A program made the position numbers and the translations under genes. Positions 49,946 through 59,211 of a stretch of DNA of 64,000 bases are shown one piece after another; position 1 is the first letter of the stretch, and every line of letters begins with the position of its first letter. The stretch covers positions 7,564 to 71,563 of the forward strand of contig CACETT010000002.1 of assembly GCA_902562525.1 (NCBI GenBank), read 5' to 3'. The DNA is from an uncultured Alphaproteobacteria bacterium (lineage in GTDB: Bacteria; Pseudomonadota; Alphaproteobacteria; UBA7887). A model generated the notes under the pieces. It saw only the letters and a program-made list of their open reading frames with translations. It made no database searches and was not told where the DNA came from.

Positions 49946-50743
49946 ATGCGAATTGTACTACTAATTGGATCACACCCCCGTCACCTCTTCGTAGCGCGGG
50001 AAGTACTTGCCACTGGCATGGTCACCGGGATTATCATGGAAACCCGTGAACACATGCTGCCAACCCCACCAGTAGGGATCGATGATGATCTCAAAGCCTT
50101 ATTCATGCGTCATTTTGCTGATCGAAATGCAGCAGAGGAAAAAGCATTTGGACTTTCCAATAAACTGAATTTTGACAGCAGCATGATTAAAGTCACTCCC
50201 CAAACCCTAAATACACCAAAGGTTTGTGAATTCCTGGACATGCAAAAACCTGATCTCGCCTTGGTCTACGGTGTACATAAGCTAGATGATGAAACTTTAT
50301 CTCATGTCCGGGGTAAGTTCTGGAATATCCATGGTGGCCTCTCGCCCTGGTATCGAGGGGTGATCACTTTATTTTGGCCTAGCTACATGCTTGAGCCACA
50401 AGCCACCGGTATGACAGTCCACGAAGTTACTTCAGCGATTGATGGTGGGCCGATCATACACCAAGTTGCTGCCTCTTTAATTAAGGGAGATGGTATCCAT
50501 GATTTGGCCTGTCGTGCTGTTGCTAATATTGCGGGGGATATGCAAACACTGACAAACATGCTTGCTGAAGGCGCAATCAACCCACCGACCATCCAACCCA
50601 CAAGTGGCAAGATCTGGCGAGCACGTGATTGGCGGCCCGAACATTTAGAACTTGTCTACGAACTCTATGAAAATCGCATTGTCGATCATTATCTCAACGG
50701 CCGATTCAAGCGATGGACACCAAACCTCATTCGCCAGTTCTGA
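49946..50743 (+). CDS. Stand-alone formyltransferase-domain protein
   Basis: MRIVLLIGSHPRH..., NIHGGLSPWYRG (N-x-H ... RG formyltransferase motif), TVHEVTSAIDGGPIIHQ (catalytic Asp context). 265 aa with no Fmt-type C-terminal domain recognisable. Confidence 0.75.
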   Translation: MRIVLLIGSHPRHLFVAREVLATGMVTGIIMETREHMLPTPPVGIDDDLKALFMRHFADRNAAEEKAFGLSNKLNFDSSMIKVTPQTLNTPKVCEFLDMQKPDLALVYGVHKLDDETLSHVRGKFWNIHGGLSPWYRGVITLFWPSYMLEPQATGMTVHEVTSAIDGGPIIHQVAASLIKGDGIHDLACRAVANIAGDMQTLTNMLAEGAINPPTIQPTSGKIWRARDWRPEHLELVYELYENRIVDHYLNGRFKRWTPNLIRQF

Positions 50744-50949
50744 GTAGACAGAGTTCGGTTATGGAAGAAGCGAGAAAAACTAGCCTGACAGACCAACCGC
50801 TTGGGTAGCCCTAACAGCATGGCCCCTTCGGTTTTCTCTCCCCATTGTCTGGCATCGGTTTTGGACGTAAAGGTCTTTGACACATGAGGGGGACCACGGC
50901 ATCGTATCCGGACACGATTGACACCATGTTCTTTGGTTACACTTGGCAC
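50689..50949 (-). pseudogene. Truncated tyrosine-integrase gene (only N-terminal ~44 codons integrase-like)
   Basis: GTG start with an AAGGAGGA RBS, 91 nt downstream of the tRNA-Leu 3' end. VTKEHGVNRVRIRCRGPPHVSKTFTSKTDARQWGEKTEGAM resembles the integrase N-terminal pattern W.ARIRR.G.P..SKTF.TK.DA..W. The rest has no integrase similarity in any frame, and no catalytic domain is present. Confidence 0.55.
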
Positions 50950-51040
50950 TTTTTATCCTCCTTGGCCGGTGAGTAGTAGGCAAGGAGTTTTCAAAAGGTT
51001 GAAATGATCTGTCAGTGGAGTATGAAACGTATAGTGAGAA

Positions 51041-51129
51041 TGGTGCCCAGGAGAAGACTCGAACTTCCACGACCGTTAAAGGTCACCGGCACCTGAAGCC
51101 GACGCGTCTACCAATTCCGCCACCTGGGC
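51041..51129 (-). tRNA. tRNA-Leu (anticodon CAG)
   Basis: The reverse complement is GCCCAGGTGGCGGAATTGGTAGACGCGTCGGCTTCAGGTGCCGGTGACCTTTAACGGTCGTGGAAGTTCGAGTCTTCTCCTGGGCACCA. 89 nt with a long variable arm, anticodon loop TT-CAG-GT, and an encoded CCA. Confidence 0.95.
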
Positions 51130-51269
51130 ATGGATGACTGTGTCCGTACCCCGGTAGCGGTCTTGTGTCAACGCTGAGGATAGGTGGAGAGGTCTGAGCT
51201 GCAGGGACTGGAGTTTTTGGTGGGATTAATAGGAACTGAGTGGTCAGTTAAACTATGGGATGGCGATAG

Positions 51270-52178
51270 GTGGAAAAACCTTTAGTAGTTGTATTTGGAG
51301 CGACTGGTTTCATAGGCCGCCACGTGGTCCAAAAGTTGCTCAGTCGTGGATATCTAGTGCGAGCCGCAGTTCGGAGACCCGAACAAGCGCTGTTCCTGAA
51401 ATCGATGGGCGATGTTGGCCAGGTGTCGCTGGTCCGAGCCGATGTGTGTTCTGAAGGCGATGTCAGCGAAGCGACTATAGGGGCTGGCGCAGTGGTTAAT
51501 TCGGTGGGTATCCTGACTGAGAGAGGAAGCCAAAGTTTTCACAACCTGCATGTTTTTGGCACGCAACTCATGATTAAAGCTGCCATAGGTGCCAAGGTTC
51601 AGCATTTTGTGCAAATCTCAGCCATCGGAGCCGACGTCACTTCTCCCTCTAAATATAGCAAAAGCAAAGCTTTGGGCGAGGCCGCGCTCAATCAATTCCC
51701 TGGTGCTGTCAGCATTTTACGACCCAGCCTAGTGTTCGGGGCCCAGGATAAGTTTTTTAATCGCTTTGCGGCTATGTCGCGATTTTCGCCGGTTATGACG
51801 ATTATAAACGGTGGCACTAGATTTCAGCCTGTATATGTGGGGGATGTGGCTGAGGCTGCTGCCCGTGTGTTGGCAAAGCCGCCAAAATCTAAGGATATTA
51901 TAGAGCTCGGTGGCCCCCGCACTTACTCCTTCAGGGAGCTAATAGAATTGATGCTTCAACAGTTGGGTCGACGCAGATTTCTGACGTCGATTTCTGACCG
52001 TATCGCTATGCCTATAGCGTTTCTTCTTGGACTTATGCCGGATCCTCCGCTAACAATAGACCAGGTGAGATTGCTTCGGAGAGATAATATTACGTCGCCG
52101 ACTGCGCAAGAACTCGCTGACCTTGATATTGTGCCGACACCTCTAGAGGTAATCTTGCCGCAGTATCTGCGTCGTTGA
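51270..52178 (+). CDS. NAD(P)H-binding NDUFA9-like (complex I 39 kDa subunit family) SDR protein
   Basis: VVFGATGFIGRHVVQKLLSRGY Rossmann motif, atypical-SDR length (302 aa), YSKSKALGE motif. Confidence 0.8.
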   Translation: MEKPLVVVFGATGFIGRHVVQKLLSRGYLVRAAVRRPEQALFLKSMGDVGQVSLVRADVCSEGDVSEATIGAGAVVNSVGILTERGSQSFHNLHVFGTQLMIKAAIGAKVQHFVQISAIGADVTSPSKYSKSKALGEAALNQFPGAVSILRPSLVFGAQDKFFNRFAAMSRFSPVMTIINGGTRFQPVYVGDVAEAAARVLAKPPKSKDIIELGGPRTYSFRELIELMLQQLGRRRFLTSISDRIAMPIAFLLGLMPDPPLTIDQVRLLRRDNITSPTAQELADLDIVPTPLEVILPQYLRR

Positions 52179-52185
52179 TCTGATT

Positions 52186-52998
52186 TTAAAGTAACTCGTG
52201 TATGTCGTAGGTCCAAGCTAATAACCCTATTCCCAATAATAGCCTATACACAATGAGTGGCGTGAAGCTAGCGTTCCGTAACCACTTCATCATTGCGACT
52301 ATGGCTCCCAGACTAGCTAAAAACGAGAGCCCGCCAGTTATTAAAATAGGACTAAGTAGCTCGCCTGTTCCGTCTTTGGACAACATTAGGATGTTATAGC
52401 CGCAGGCCGCTAAAATTATCGGGATAGCTGTTAACATGGAAAAACGTGCCGAGTCGGTTCGGCTATAGCCGCATAGGCGTCCAGCAGTTATGGTCATGCC
52501 AGCCCTGCTGGCCCCAGGGATTAGGGATAACACCTGGAATAAACCCACTAAAGCGGCGTGCGACAACTTCATTGTCTCAAGAGGCCTCTGATTGCGTGTC
52601 ATCTGGTCGGCGAGGTAGAGGACAACCGCTCCAATTACGGTTGCCCAGGCAATTATTTCAACATGACGAAAAAAATTGGGTTCGATCAGCACCAATGCGC
52701 ATCCTGCCAGCATTGTTGGGGCAGATGCCATGGCCAAAAACCCAAGCAATTGTGTGTTCTTGCTCTGGCGTCCCACACTAAGATCGCTAAGCCCTCGGCT
52801 AACACTAATGATATCATTGCGAAAATAGATTAAGACAGCACATAAGCTTCCCGAATGGGCGGCAATTTCAACAGCCAGTCCATGATCGGGCCATCCAGTT
52901 AGGGGGGGAATTAATGCGAGGTGCCCAGAGGAGCTGATTGGTAAAAACTCAGTTATCCCCTGGACTATGGCTATTATTGTTAGGTGGGTAAGTGGCAT
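52186..52998 (-). CDS. uppP: Undecaprenyl-diphosphate phosphatase
   Basis: IVQGITEFLPISSSGHL and PGASRAGMTI motifs. I prefer ATG 52998 to the track start 53064. Confidence 0.9.
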   Translation of the reverse strand: MPLTHLTIIAIVQGITEFLPISSSGHLALIPPLTGWPDHGLAVEIAAHSGSLCAVLIYFRNDIISVSRGLSDLSVGRQSKNTQLLGFLAMASAPTMLAGCALVLIEPNFFRHVEIIAWATVIGAVVLYLADQMTRNQRPLETMKLSHAALVGLFQVLSLIPGASRAGMTITAGRLCGYSRTDSARFSMLTAIPIILAACGYNILMLSKDGTGELLSPILITGGLSFLASLGAIVAMMKWLRNASFTPLIVYRLLLGIGLLAWTYDIHELL

Positions 52999-53326
52999 AA
53001 ATTTTCGATGTTTGGCATCCGTCTTATGAATAACTCGTGCAACGCAACTGTTACCGATTGGCAATGTGGGTAATGGTCTAGACCCACCGTAAGAGTTTAT
53101 AAAACCTGGAGCACGTTATTTAATACACGACTCGTTGGATTGGGTACAAGGTGATATTTGTTAGACGCCATCCCCTTCTCCCCGGGAATTCTGTTATGAT
53201 ATCGCCTGTTGATCTTCGTCCATGATTGAAGCGATATTGTGGCAGGCTTAATTTGGCGGGATGATAGGCGTGGCCAAATGGTAGGGTTGTACGTTTAGCT
53301 ATTGGATTTCAGGAAGCTATTAAATT

Positions 53327-53992
53327 ATGCGGGTGCTATATCATCTTCAATTTTCACCGTTTAGCCGGAAGATCCGGCTGAGCCTAGCTGAGAAAAAACT
53401 AGAATTTGAGCCTCGGCTTGAGGATGTATGGCACCCAAGAGAGGAATACCTTGCACTAAACCCCGCCGGCCAAGTGCCTGTTTTGGTGGACGACGCGAAC
53501 ACCATAGCTGATTCGACAGCAATTGTTGAGTATTTGGAAGAGGTTTATCCATCACCCACCCTCATTGGCCGTTCCCCAATATCAAGGGCAGAGGCTCGCC
53601 GCCTAAGTTTGTGGTTTGACTTGAAATTTTTTGACGAGGTTTCAGCAAATATAGTGCACGAGAAGTTAGCCCCACATTTGTCCCGCGCGGTAGAGCCAAA
53701 TTCAGAACGGATAAGAATTGGTAGAGAAAATCTGCGTCGTCACCTAGAATATATTGGCTTCTTGACAGACAGAAGGAACTGGCTTGCGGGCGAAGATCTT
53801 ACATGTGCGGACTTGGCAGCAGCAGCACACTTGTCGGTGATTGATTATTTGGGCGACGTCCCTTGGGAGCTGCATGAGAATGCCAAGGGATGGTACTCTC
53901 GTCTTAAATCTAGAGCCAGTTTCCAACCCTTGCTTGTCGATCAAATAGCGGGCCTCCCGCCAGCTGATGGCTATGTAAATCTCAATTTCTGA
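53327..53992 (+). CDS. Glutathione S-transferase family protein
   Basis: Thioredoxin-like N-domain (SPFSRKIRLSLAEKKLEFE..NPAGQVPVLVDD..IADSTAIVEYL) plus a helical C-domain. Confidence 0.85.
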   Translation: MRVLYHLQFSPFSRKIRLSLAEKKLEFEPRLEDVWHPREEYLALNPAGQVPVLVDDANTIADSTAIVEYLEEVYPSPTLIGRSPISRAEARRLSLWFDLKFFDEVSANIVHEKLAPHLSRAVEPNSERIRIGRENLRRHLEYIGFLTDRRNWLAGEDLTCADLAAAAHLSVIDYLGDVPWELHENAKGWYSRLKSRASFQPLLVDQIAGLPPADGYVNLNF

Positions 53993-54005
53993 GGTAGGTT
54001 ATTGA

Positions 54006-55223
54006 ATGGATAATACTAAGTCGATCCTAGAAATCCTGGCAGCAGAAGCTGCCCTCGGTGTTGGTTGTTTGCTACTCGTAGCGGTCTGTAGCTTTTTGCT
54101 CGCCCGCAAAGTTGTCCTTCGGCTCGTCACCCAAGCTGCGGGCCGCACCAACACAAGGTGGGATGATGCTTTGGTGGAGAGAGGGGTGGTTTCACAGGGC
54201 AGTTACCTGGTGCCCGCAGTTGTTGTTTACTTTGGGTTAGATTTTTTCTCTTTTGATACTGAAATATTGGCCCGGATCGTGCGGGCTTGGTTTGTGTTTT
54301 GTCTAGTGATTATGACGAGCAGGCTACTAGGGGCCGGTGCCGATATTTATGAATATTATCCAATCTCCAATAGGCGCCCGATTAAAGGTTATATTCAATT
54401 AGCTAACCTGATCGTATTCTTGATTGGCGCCATTCTGGCTTTGTGCACTTTGCTCGATATTTCCCCATGGGGGATTATGAGTGGGCTAGGGGCGATGACA
54501 GCTCTTCTGATATTGGTCTTCCGGGATACAATTTTATCCTTAGTGGCATCCTTGCAGATCGCTGCTTACGATATGGTGCGTACAGGGGATTGGATTGAGA
54601 TGCCCGGACTTGGTGTTGACGGCGATGTGATAGATGTTTCGTTGCATACTGTCCGGGTTCAAAATTGGGATAAGACAATTATTACTGTGCCCACCCATCG
54701 ATTGATCCAAGATTCATTCAAAAACTGGCGCGGAATGACAGAGGCTGGTGGCCGGCGCATAAAACGGAGTTTGTTGGTCGATCAAACCAGTATAAAATTT
54801 TTAGACCAGGCCGCTGTATACCGGTTGTCCCAAATTGAAAATTTACAACCCTACTTGGCAGATAAGATGAGCGATTTGGCTAATGCAAATCGCGGTAAAG
54901 AGGGCGGCGAAGGGCCCTCACTTAACCGTCGGGAGCTTACTAATATAGGTACCTTTAGGGCTTATGCAGAGGCGTATCTCAGAGAAAATACCAATATACA
55001 CAATGAGATGACCTTTATGGTTCGCCAGTTGCCCCCATCATCAAATGGCCTCCCTATAGAGATCTACGTATTTTCTAATAACACGGATTGGGAGAGTTTC
55101 GAGATTATTCAGGCTGACATTTTTGATCATCTTTTAGCGTCCTTGCCAACATTTGAGCTTCGTTTATTCCAATTGCCGACGGGCTTTGACATGCGGATCA
55201 TGGCGGATGGCAGAAAAGCTTAG
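54006..55223 (+). CDS. Mechanosensitive ion channel (MscS-like) family protein
   Basis: Multiple N-terminal TMs. MscS core: LVFRDTILSLVASLQIAAYDMVRTGDWIEM..VDGDVIDVSLHTVRVQNWDKTIITVP. Confidence 0.8.
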   Translation: MDNTKSILEILAAEAALGVGCLLLVAVCSFLLARKVVLRLVTQAAGRTNTRWDDALVERGVVSQGSYLVPAVVVYFGLDFFSFDTEILARIVRAWFVFCLVIMTSRLLGAGADIYEYYPISNRRPIKGYIQLANLIVFLIGAILALCTLLDISPWGIMSGLGAMTALLILVFRDTILSLVASLQIAAYDMVRTGDWIEMPGLGVDGDVIDVSLHTVRVQNWDKTIITVPTHRLIQDSFKNWRGMTEAGGRRIKRSLLVDQTSIKFLDQAAVYRLSQIENLQPYLADKMSDLANANRGKEGGEGPSLNRRELTNIGTFRAYAEAYLRENTNIHNEMTFMVRQLPPSSNGLPIEIYVFSNNTDWESFEIIQADIFDHLLASLPTFELRLFQLPTGFDMRIMADGRKA

Positions 55224-56328
55224 CGCAATAATAAATTATGCCCAGTCTATAGGATTTGACGAAGTGGGAGTAACTTCGCCTTCTGTTCTGAAGAATTTAA
55301 GCGAGGGTTTAGAAAATTTTGTTGCTCTGGGCAGACATGGAGATATGTCCTGGATGGAACGAAACATTGATAGGCGTTCTGACCCCGCCCGCCTGTGGCC
55401 TGATGTGCGGTCTGTAATCGTCGTTGCAACAAATTATGGCCCAGACATTAACCCTCTTGATGCATTATTAAAGAAAAGTACTGGAGCTATTTCCGTATAC
55501 GCACAGAACCGGGATTACCACAAGGTCCTTAAGGGCCGTTTAAAGCAGCTTGGCAGTTGGGTTGGCGCTAATTACGGTGGGCAATTGAAGGTTTTTGTGG
55601 ATACGGCACCGGTCATGGAAAAACCACTTGCCCAGGCTGCTGGAATAGGCTGGCAGGGAAAACATACCAACTTGGTTTCCACGCAGTTTGGGTCGTGGTT
55701 GTTTTTAGGCGTTTTGTTTACCACTTTGTCCCTAACACCCAGTGACCCTGCGGATGACACCTGTGGGAGTTGCCGGAATTGTTTGGATATTTGCCCAACG
55801 CAAGCATTTCCTAGGCCACATCAAATAGATGCACGTCGGTGTATTTCATACCTAACAATTGAGCATAAAGGAATTATCGATCGCGAGTTCCGTCGCCCCA
55901 TAGGCAATAGGATTTTTGGATGCGATGATTGTTTAGCTGTATGCCCATGGAACAAATTTGCGCAACAAACCAAAGAACTGAAATTTGTAGCACGAGATGA
56001 TCTCCGGGAGCCTCTGCTTAGTGTTTTGGTCAGCCTTGATGAGGGGAAATTTCGCTCTTATTTTTCGCAATCACCGGTGAAACGGATTGGCAGAGACCGT
56101 TTTATCCGTAATGTTTTGATAGCTATTGGCAATAGTGGAAACCCTAGTTTCGTTGAGGCTGTGAAGAATAAGTTATCGGATAAGTCGAAAATTGTTCGGG
56201 CAATGGCCGTGTGGGCCTTGGCTAATCTTGTGTTACCACATGATTTTAGACGCTATCGCAATCAGCACTACTTTGATGAAGTGGATTTTGACGTACGGAA
56301 TGAGTGGGATGAGGTGGGGATAGTCTGA
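55207..56328 (+). CDS. queG: Epoxyqueuosine reductase
   Basis: CGSCRNCLDICPTQAF and CDDCLAVCPWNKF 4Fe-4S motifs, C-terminal HEAT-like region. ATG 55207 overlaps the MscS gene end by 17 nt. Confidence 0.9.
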   Translation: MAEKLSAIINYAQSIGFDEVGVTSPSVLKNLSEGLENFVALGRHGDMSWMERNIDRRSDPARLWPDVRSVIVVATNYGPDINPLDALLKKSTGAISVYAQNRDYHKVLKGRLKQLGSWVGANYGGQLKVFVDTAPVMEKPLAQAAGIGWQGKHTNLVSTQFGSWLFLGVLFTTLSLTPSDPADDTCGSCRNCLDICPTQAFPRPHQIDARRCISYLTIEHKGIIDREFRRPIGNRIFGCDDCLAVCPWNKFAQQTKELKFVARDDLREPLLSVLVSLDEGKFRSYFSQSPVKRIGRDRFIRNVLIAIGNSGNPSFVEAVKNKLSDKSKIVRAMAVWALANLVLPHDFRRYRNQHYFDEVDFDVRNEWDEVGIV

Positions 56329-57216
56329 TTGGATAAGGCAAGCGTCCGTCGGTTATTTGTATTTGGTTTGGGTTATGTCGGGTTGTCCTTTGCCCTGGCA
56401 ATGAGGAATGTTGGGTGGAAGGTGGAGGGGACGTGCCGTTCCGAGAAACGAAGGCAAGAACTACTGCGGTCCGGTTTGGAAGCTTTCGTTTTTGATGGCC
56501 AGAAAAGGCTTGCGGAGATAAGTCAGAAAATTGTGTTGGCTGACGCTATCTTGTCATCAGTGCCCCCAACCACAACTGGCGACCCGGTGTTGGAGGTTTT
56601 TGGAGCCGATATTTGTAGGAAGGCCGGTGGTCCTTGGCTCGGCTACTTATCAACGACGGGCGTTTATGGTGATTGGGATGGCAAAGAGGTTGATGAAAGT
56701 TCCCCACTGCGCTCAACTAGTAATCGGGGGCTTCGCCGAATAGCGGCCGAGAAAGCCTGGCTCAGACTTACCAGTCAAAAAAGTTTGCCAGTTCATATTT
56801 TTCGCTTGGCCGGTATCTATGGTCCGGGCAGGAATATTCTCGATAAGATACGGGCAGGCACTGCCACCAGAATTCAAAAACCAGGCCATGTGTTTTCGAG
56901 GATCCACGTGGACGATATCGTTTCGACTCTTGCGGCTTCGATTCTGCGGCCTCGAGCGGGTGCGACATACAACGTGTGTGACAATGAGCCTTGTTCTCAG
57001 CCCCAAATAGTCGAGCACGGTTGCCAATTGCTAGGTGAGAGATTGCCCCCGTTGATAGATTTCGAGGCTAGGGCCAAGGAAATGTCGCCTCTGGCCCGCA
57101 GTTTTTGGGAGGATCGCCGGCGGGTGAGCAATAGATTGATACGCGAAGAGCTAATGGTGAATTTGCGGTTTCCTACCTATAGAGAGGGTCTAGCATCATT
57201 AGTGGAGCGCGGTTAA
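56329..57216 (+). CDS. NAD(P)-binding SDR/epimerase-family protein
   Basis: Rossmann motif FVFGLGYVG lies near the N-terminus, so the TTG at 56329 is the only start upstream of it. FRLAGIYGPGR. Confidence 0.7.
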   Translation: MDKASVRRLFVFGLGYVGLSFALAMRNVGWKVEGTCRSEKRRQELLRSGLEAFVFDGQKRLAEISQKIVLADAILSSVPPTTTGDPVLEVFGADICRKAGGPWLGYLSTTGVYGDWDGKEVDESSPLRSTSNRGLRRIAAEKAWLRLTSQKSLPVHIFRLAGIYGPGRNILDKIRAGTATRIQKPGHVFSRIHVDDIVSTLAASILRPRAGATYNVCDNEPCSQPQIVEHGCQLLGERLPPLIDFEARAKEMSPLARSFWEDRRRVSNRLIREELMVNLRFPTYREGLASLVERG

Positions 57217-57231
57217 GGGGTTTAAGCCTTG

Positions 57232-57981
57232 TTAACAAAGTTCTCGTACCGTCTGGATCAGTTTGTCTATGGAGTCGGGGTCACTGAGACGGTGATCTCC
57301 ATACTTCATCAGTGTGAGTTCAACGTCAGGCGTATCTAATGCTTCTGCTAGTTTGATTGATGTGTTCCAAGGGACGGAGCTGTCTCCGAGCCCATGAATG
57401 AGGCGCACTGGACATTGGAGATTTATGGCTCCACCCAATACCAGATTTCTTTGGCCATCTTCTATCAGAAGTTTTGTGAACAGGTATGGCTCTTCGCTAT
57501 AGGGGGAGTAAATATATGCGCGGCCAGTTTGTCTAAGCTCTGCAAGCTGTTCTTTACTGAGTTCATCCTCCAATAAACGTTTAGTAAAATCGGGTGCCGG
57601 CGCAATTCCCACCAGGGCTGCTATTAAGCTCTTCCTGGCTAATGCTGCGAGTATCATTATCCAACCGCCCATGCTGGAGCCAACAAGAATTTGTGGCCCC
57701 TCTGTCAATGAATCAATGACGGAGAGAGTATCCAGAGTCCAAGTGGTAATAGTACTTTCTTCAAAGGAGCCAGTCGAGGTTCCGTGCCCTCTGTAGTCAA
57801 AGCGGATAAAGCTTTTATTATTTTCCTGACAAAATTTTTCCAGCGCCAGGGCTTTGATCCCAGTCATGTCTGACCTGAAGCCCCCTAAAAAGACTATACC
57901 GGGAGTTTGTCCAGTGGTTTGAGTGTAGCCGAGTTGGACCCCGTGGGGAGTTTGCAGATGTCCCTTGGTTGTTTTAAACAT
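57232..57981 (-). CDS. Alpha/beta hydrolase
   Basis: GIVFLGGFRSDMTG, nucleophile elbow VGSSMGG, C-terminal GDHRL (His). Confidence 0.8.
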   Translation of the reverse strand: MFKTTKGHLQTPHGVQLGYTQTTGQTPGIVFLGGFRSDMTGIKALALEKFCQENNKSFIRFDYRGHGTSTGSFEESTITTWTLDTLSVIDSLTEGPQILVGSSMGGWIMILAALARKSLIAALVGIAPAPDFTKRLLEDELSKEQLAELRQTGRAYIYSPYSEEPYLFTKLLIEDGQRNLVLGGAINLQCPVRLIHGLGDSSVPWNTSIKLAEALDTPDVELTLMKYGDHRLSDPDSIDKLIQTVRELC

Positions 57982-58047
57982 GGTAGTTTACTATTCCGAT
58001 GTTAAGTTCTGTCTTCTGATTCTAGCAATGTTAGCATGACCTGATCC

Positions 58048-59208
58048 ATGACCGTTACAAGCCCTTCTAATCCAGTAATTCTGCAGGTGTTGCCCCATAT
58101 GGGTGCTGGCGGTGTGCCGCGGGGAGTTATCGATATTGCCTCCGCTGTGGTAGACTCTGGTTGGACGGCATTAGTGGCATCGGAAGGTGGGTATGGGGTC
58201 CACGAGTTAAAAAGGGCGGGCGGGAAGCATATTCAAATGCCTCTGGCTAGTAAGAACCCTGTGACTATTTATCGAAACATTCAAAGGCTTTGCCGGTTGT
58301 TTGTCGACGAGCGAGTAAGCTTAATTCATGCCCGTAGCAGAGCTCCAGCTTGGAGTGGATATTATGCGGCGCTAGCTTCCGATATCCCCTTTGTGACGAC
58401 GTTTCATGGTACGTACGGCCACCAGGGAAGATTGAAAAGGCGTTATAATGATGTGATGACCCGGGGAAATGCGGTAATTGCGATTTCCGAACATATTGCG
58501 AGACACATAGAGACGGTTTATGGGGTCAACGACAAGAGGGTAAGGATTGTTTACAGAGGGATCGATACTGAGTTGTTTGAACCGGGGAGTGTTAGTTCGG
58601 AGAGAGTGATAGCTTTGGCTAAGCAATGGCGTTTAACGGAACCCATTCCAGTGGTCATGATGTCGGGGCGCTTGACCAGATGGAAGGGACAGCAGGTTCT
58701 CATAGAGGCCCTGTCCATTCTTGGGAGGGAGGATATACGTTGTTTATTTATTGGCGATGATCAAGGTAGGGGCGGTTATAGAAGGGATCTTGACGCCTTA
58801 GTCAAAAAACTCAACCTCAGCAACACTGTGCACTTTCCTGGCCATTGTAGAGATATGGCGGCGGCTTACATGCTTGCTGACGTTGTAGTTTCAGCTTCCA
58901 CAGAGCCAGAGGCTTTTGGACGAGTAATGGTTGAGGCGCAAGCAATGGGAAAGCCTGTAGTCGTTAGTAACCATGGGGCCTCGACCGAATTGATAATTGA
59001 GGGCGAGACGGGGTGGAGTTTTGTGCCCGGTGATCCCAAATCGCTGGCAAAGGCTTTGAAAACTGTGCTTTCTCTATCCGAAAAACAAAGAGAGGGATTG
59101 GCACATAAGGCTATATCTCACGTTACTGCTCATTTCACAGTCGCACATATGCAGCAACAAACTATGAGCACCTATCGCGAAGTGTTGCAGATGGATCCGC
59201 TGGGGTAA
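58048..59208 (+). CDS. Glycosyltransferase family 4 (GT-B, RfaG-like)
   Basis: MGAGGVPRGV.., EPEAFGRVMVEAQAMGKPVVVSNHGASTELI is the E-x7-E motif region. Confidence 0.85.
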   Translation: MTVTSPSNPVILQVLPHMGAGGVPRGVIDIASAVVDSGWTALVASEGGYGVHELKRAGGKHIQMPLASKNPVTIYRNIQRLCRLFVDERVSLIHARSRAPAWSGYYAALASDIPFVTTFHGTYGHQGRLKRRYNDVMTRGNAVIAISEHIARHIETVYGVNDKRVRIVYRGIDTELFEPGSVSSERVIALAKQWRLTEPIPVVMMSGRLTRWKGQQVLIEALSILGREDIRCLFIGDDQGRGGYRRDLDALVKKLNLSNTVHFPGHCRDMAAAYMLADVVVSASTEPEAFGRVMVEAQAMGKPVVVSNHGASTELIIEGETGWSFVPGDPKSLAKALKTVLSLSEKQREGLAHKAISHVTAHFTVAHMQQQTMSTYREVLQMDPLG

Positions 59209-59211
59209 AAA

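Larger units (their letters stand above)
49830..51040. mobile_element. Remnant of a tRNA-Leu-integrated element (partial tRNA repeat, formyltransferase cargo, truncated integrase)
   Basis: The interval is bounded by tRNA-Leu(CAG) and its partial direct repeat. An integrase N-terminal fragment lies immediately downstream of the tRNA. See the individual features. Confidence 0.45.

Noticed and set aside
49641-49973. 110-aa minus-strand ORF between the RNase D-like and formyltransferase genes
   Set aside because: It reads through the partial tRNA-Leu copy; the FSWAP peptide it shares with ORF 50780..51070 comes from the tRNA sequence. It overlaps the formyltransferase start and has no protein-like motif.
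50780-51070. 96-aa minus-strand ORF
   Set aside because: It starts inside tRNA-Leu and is in a different frame from the integrase-like fragment. It is an artefact.
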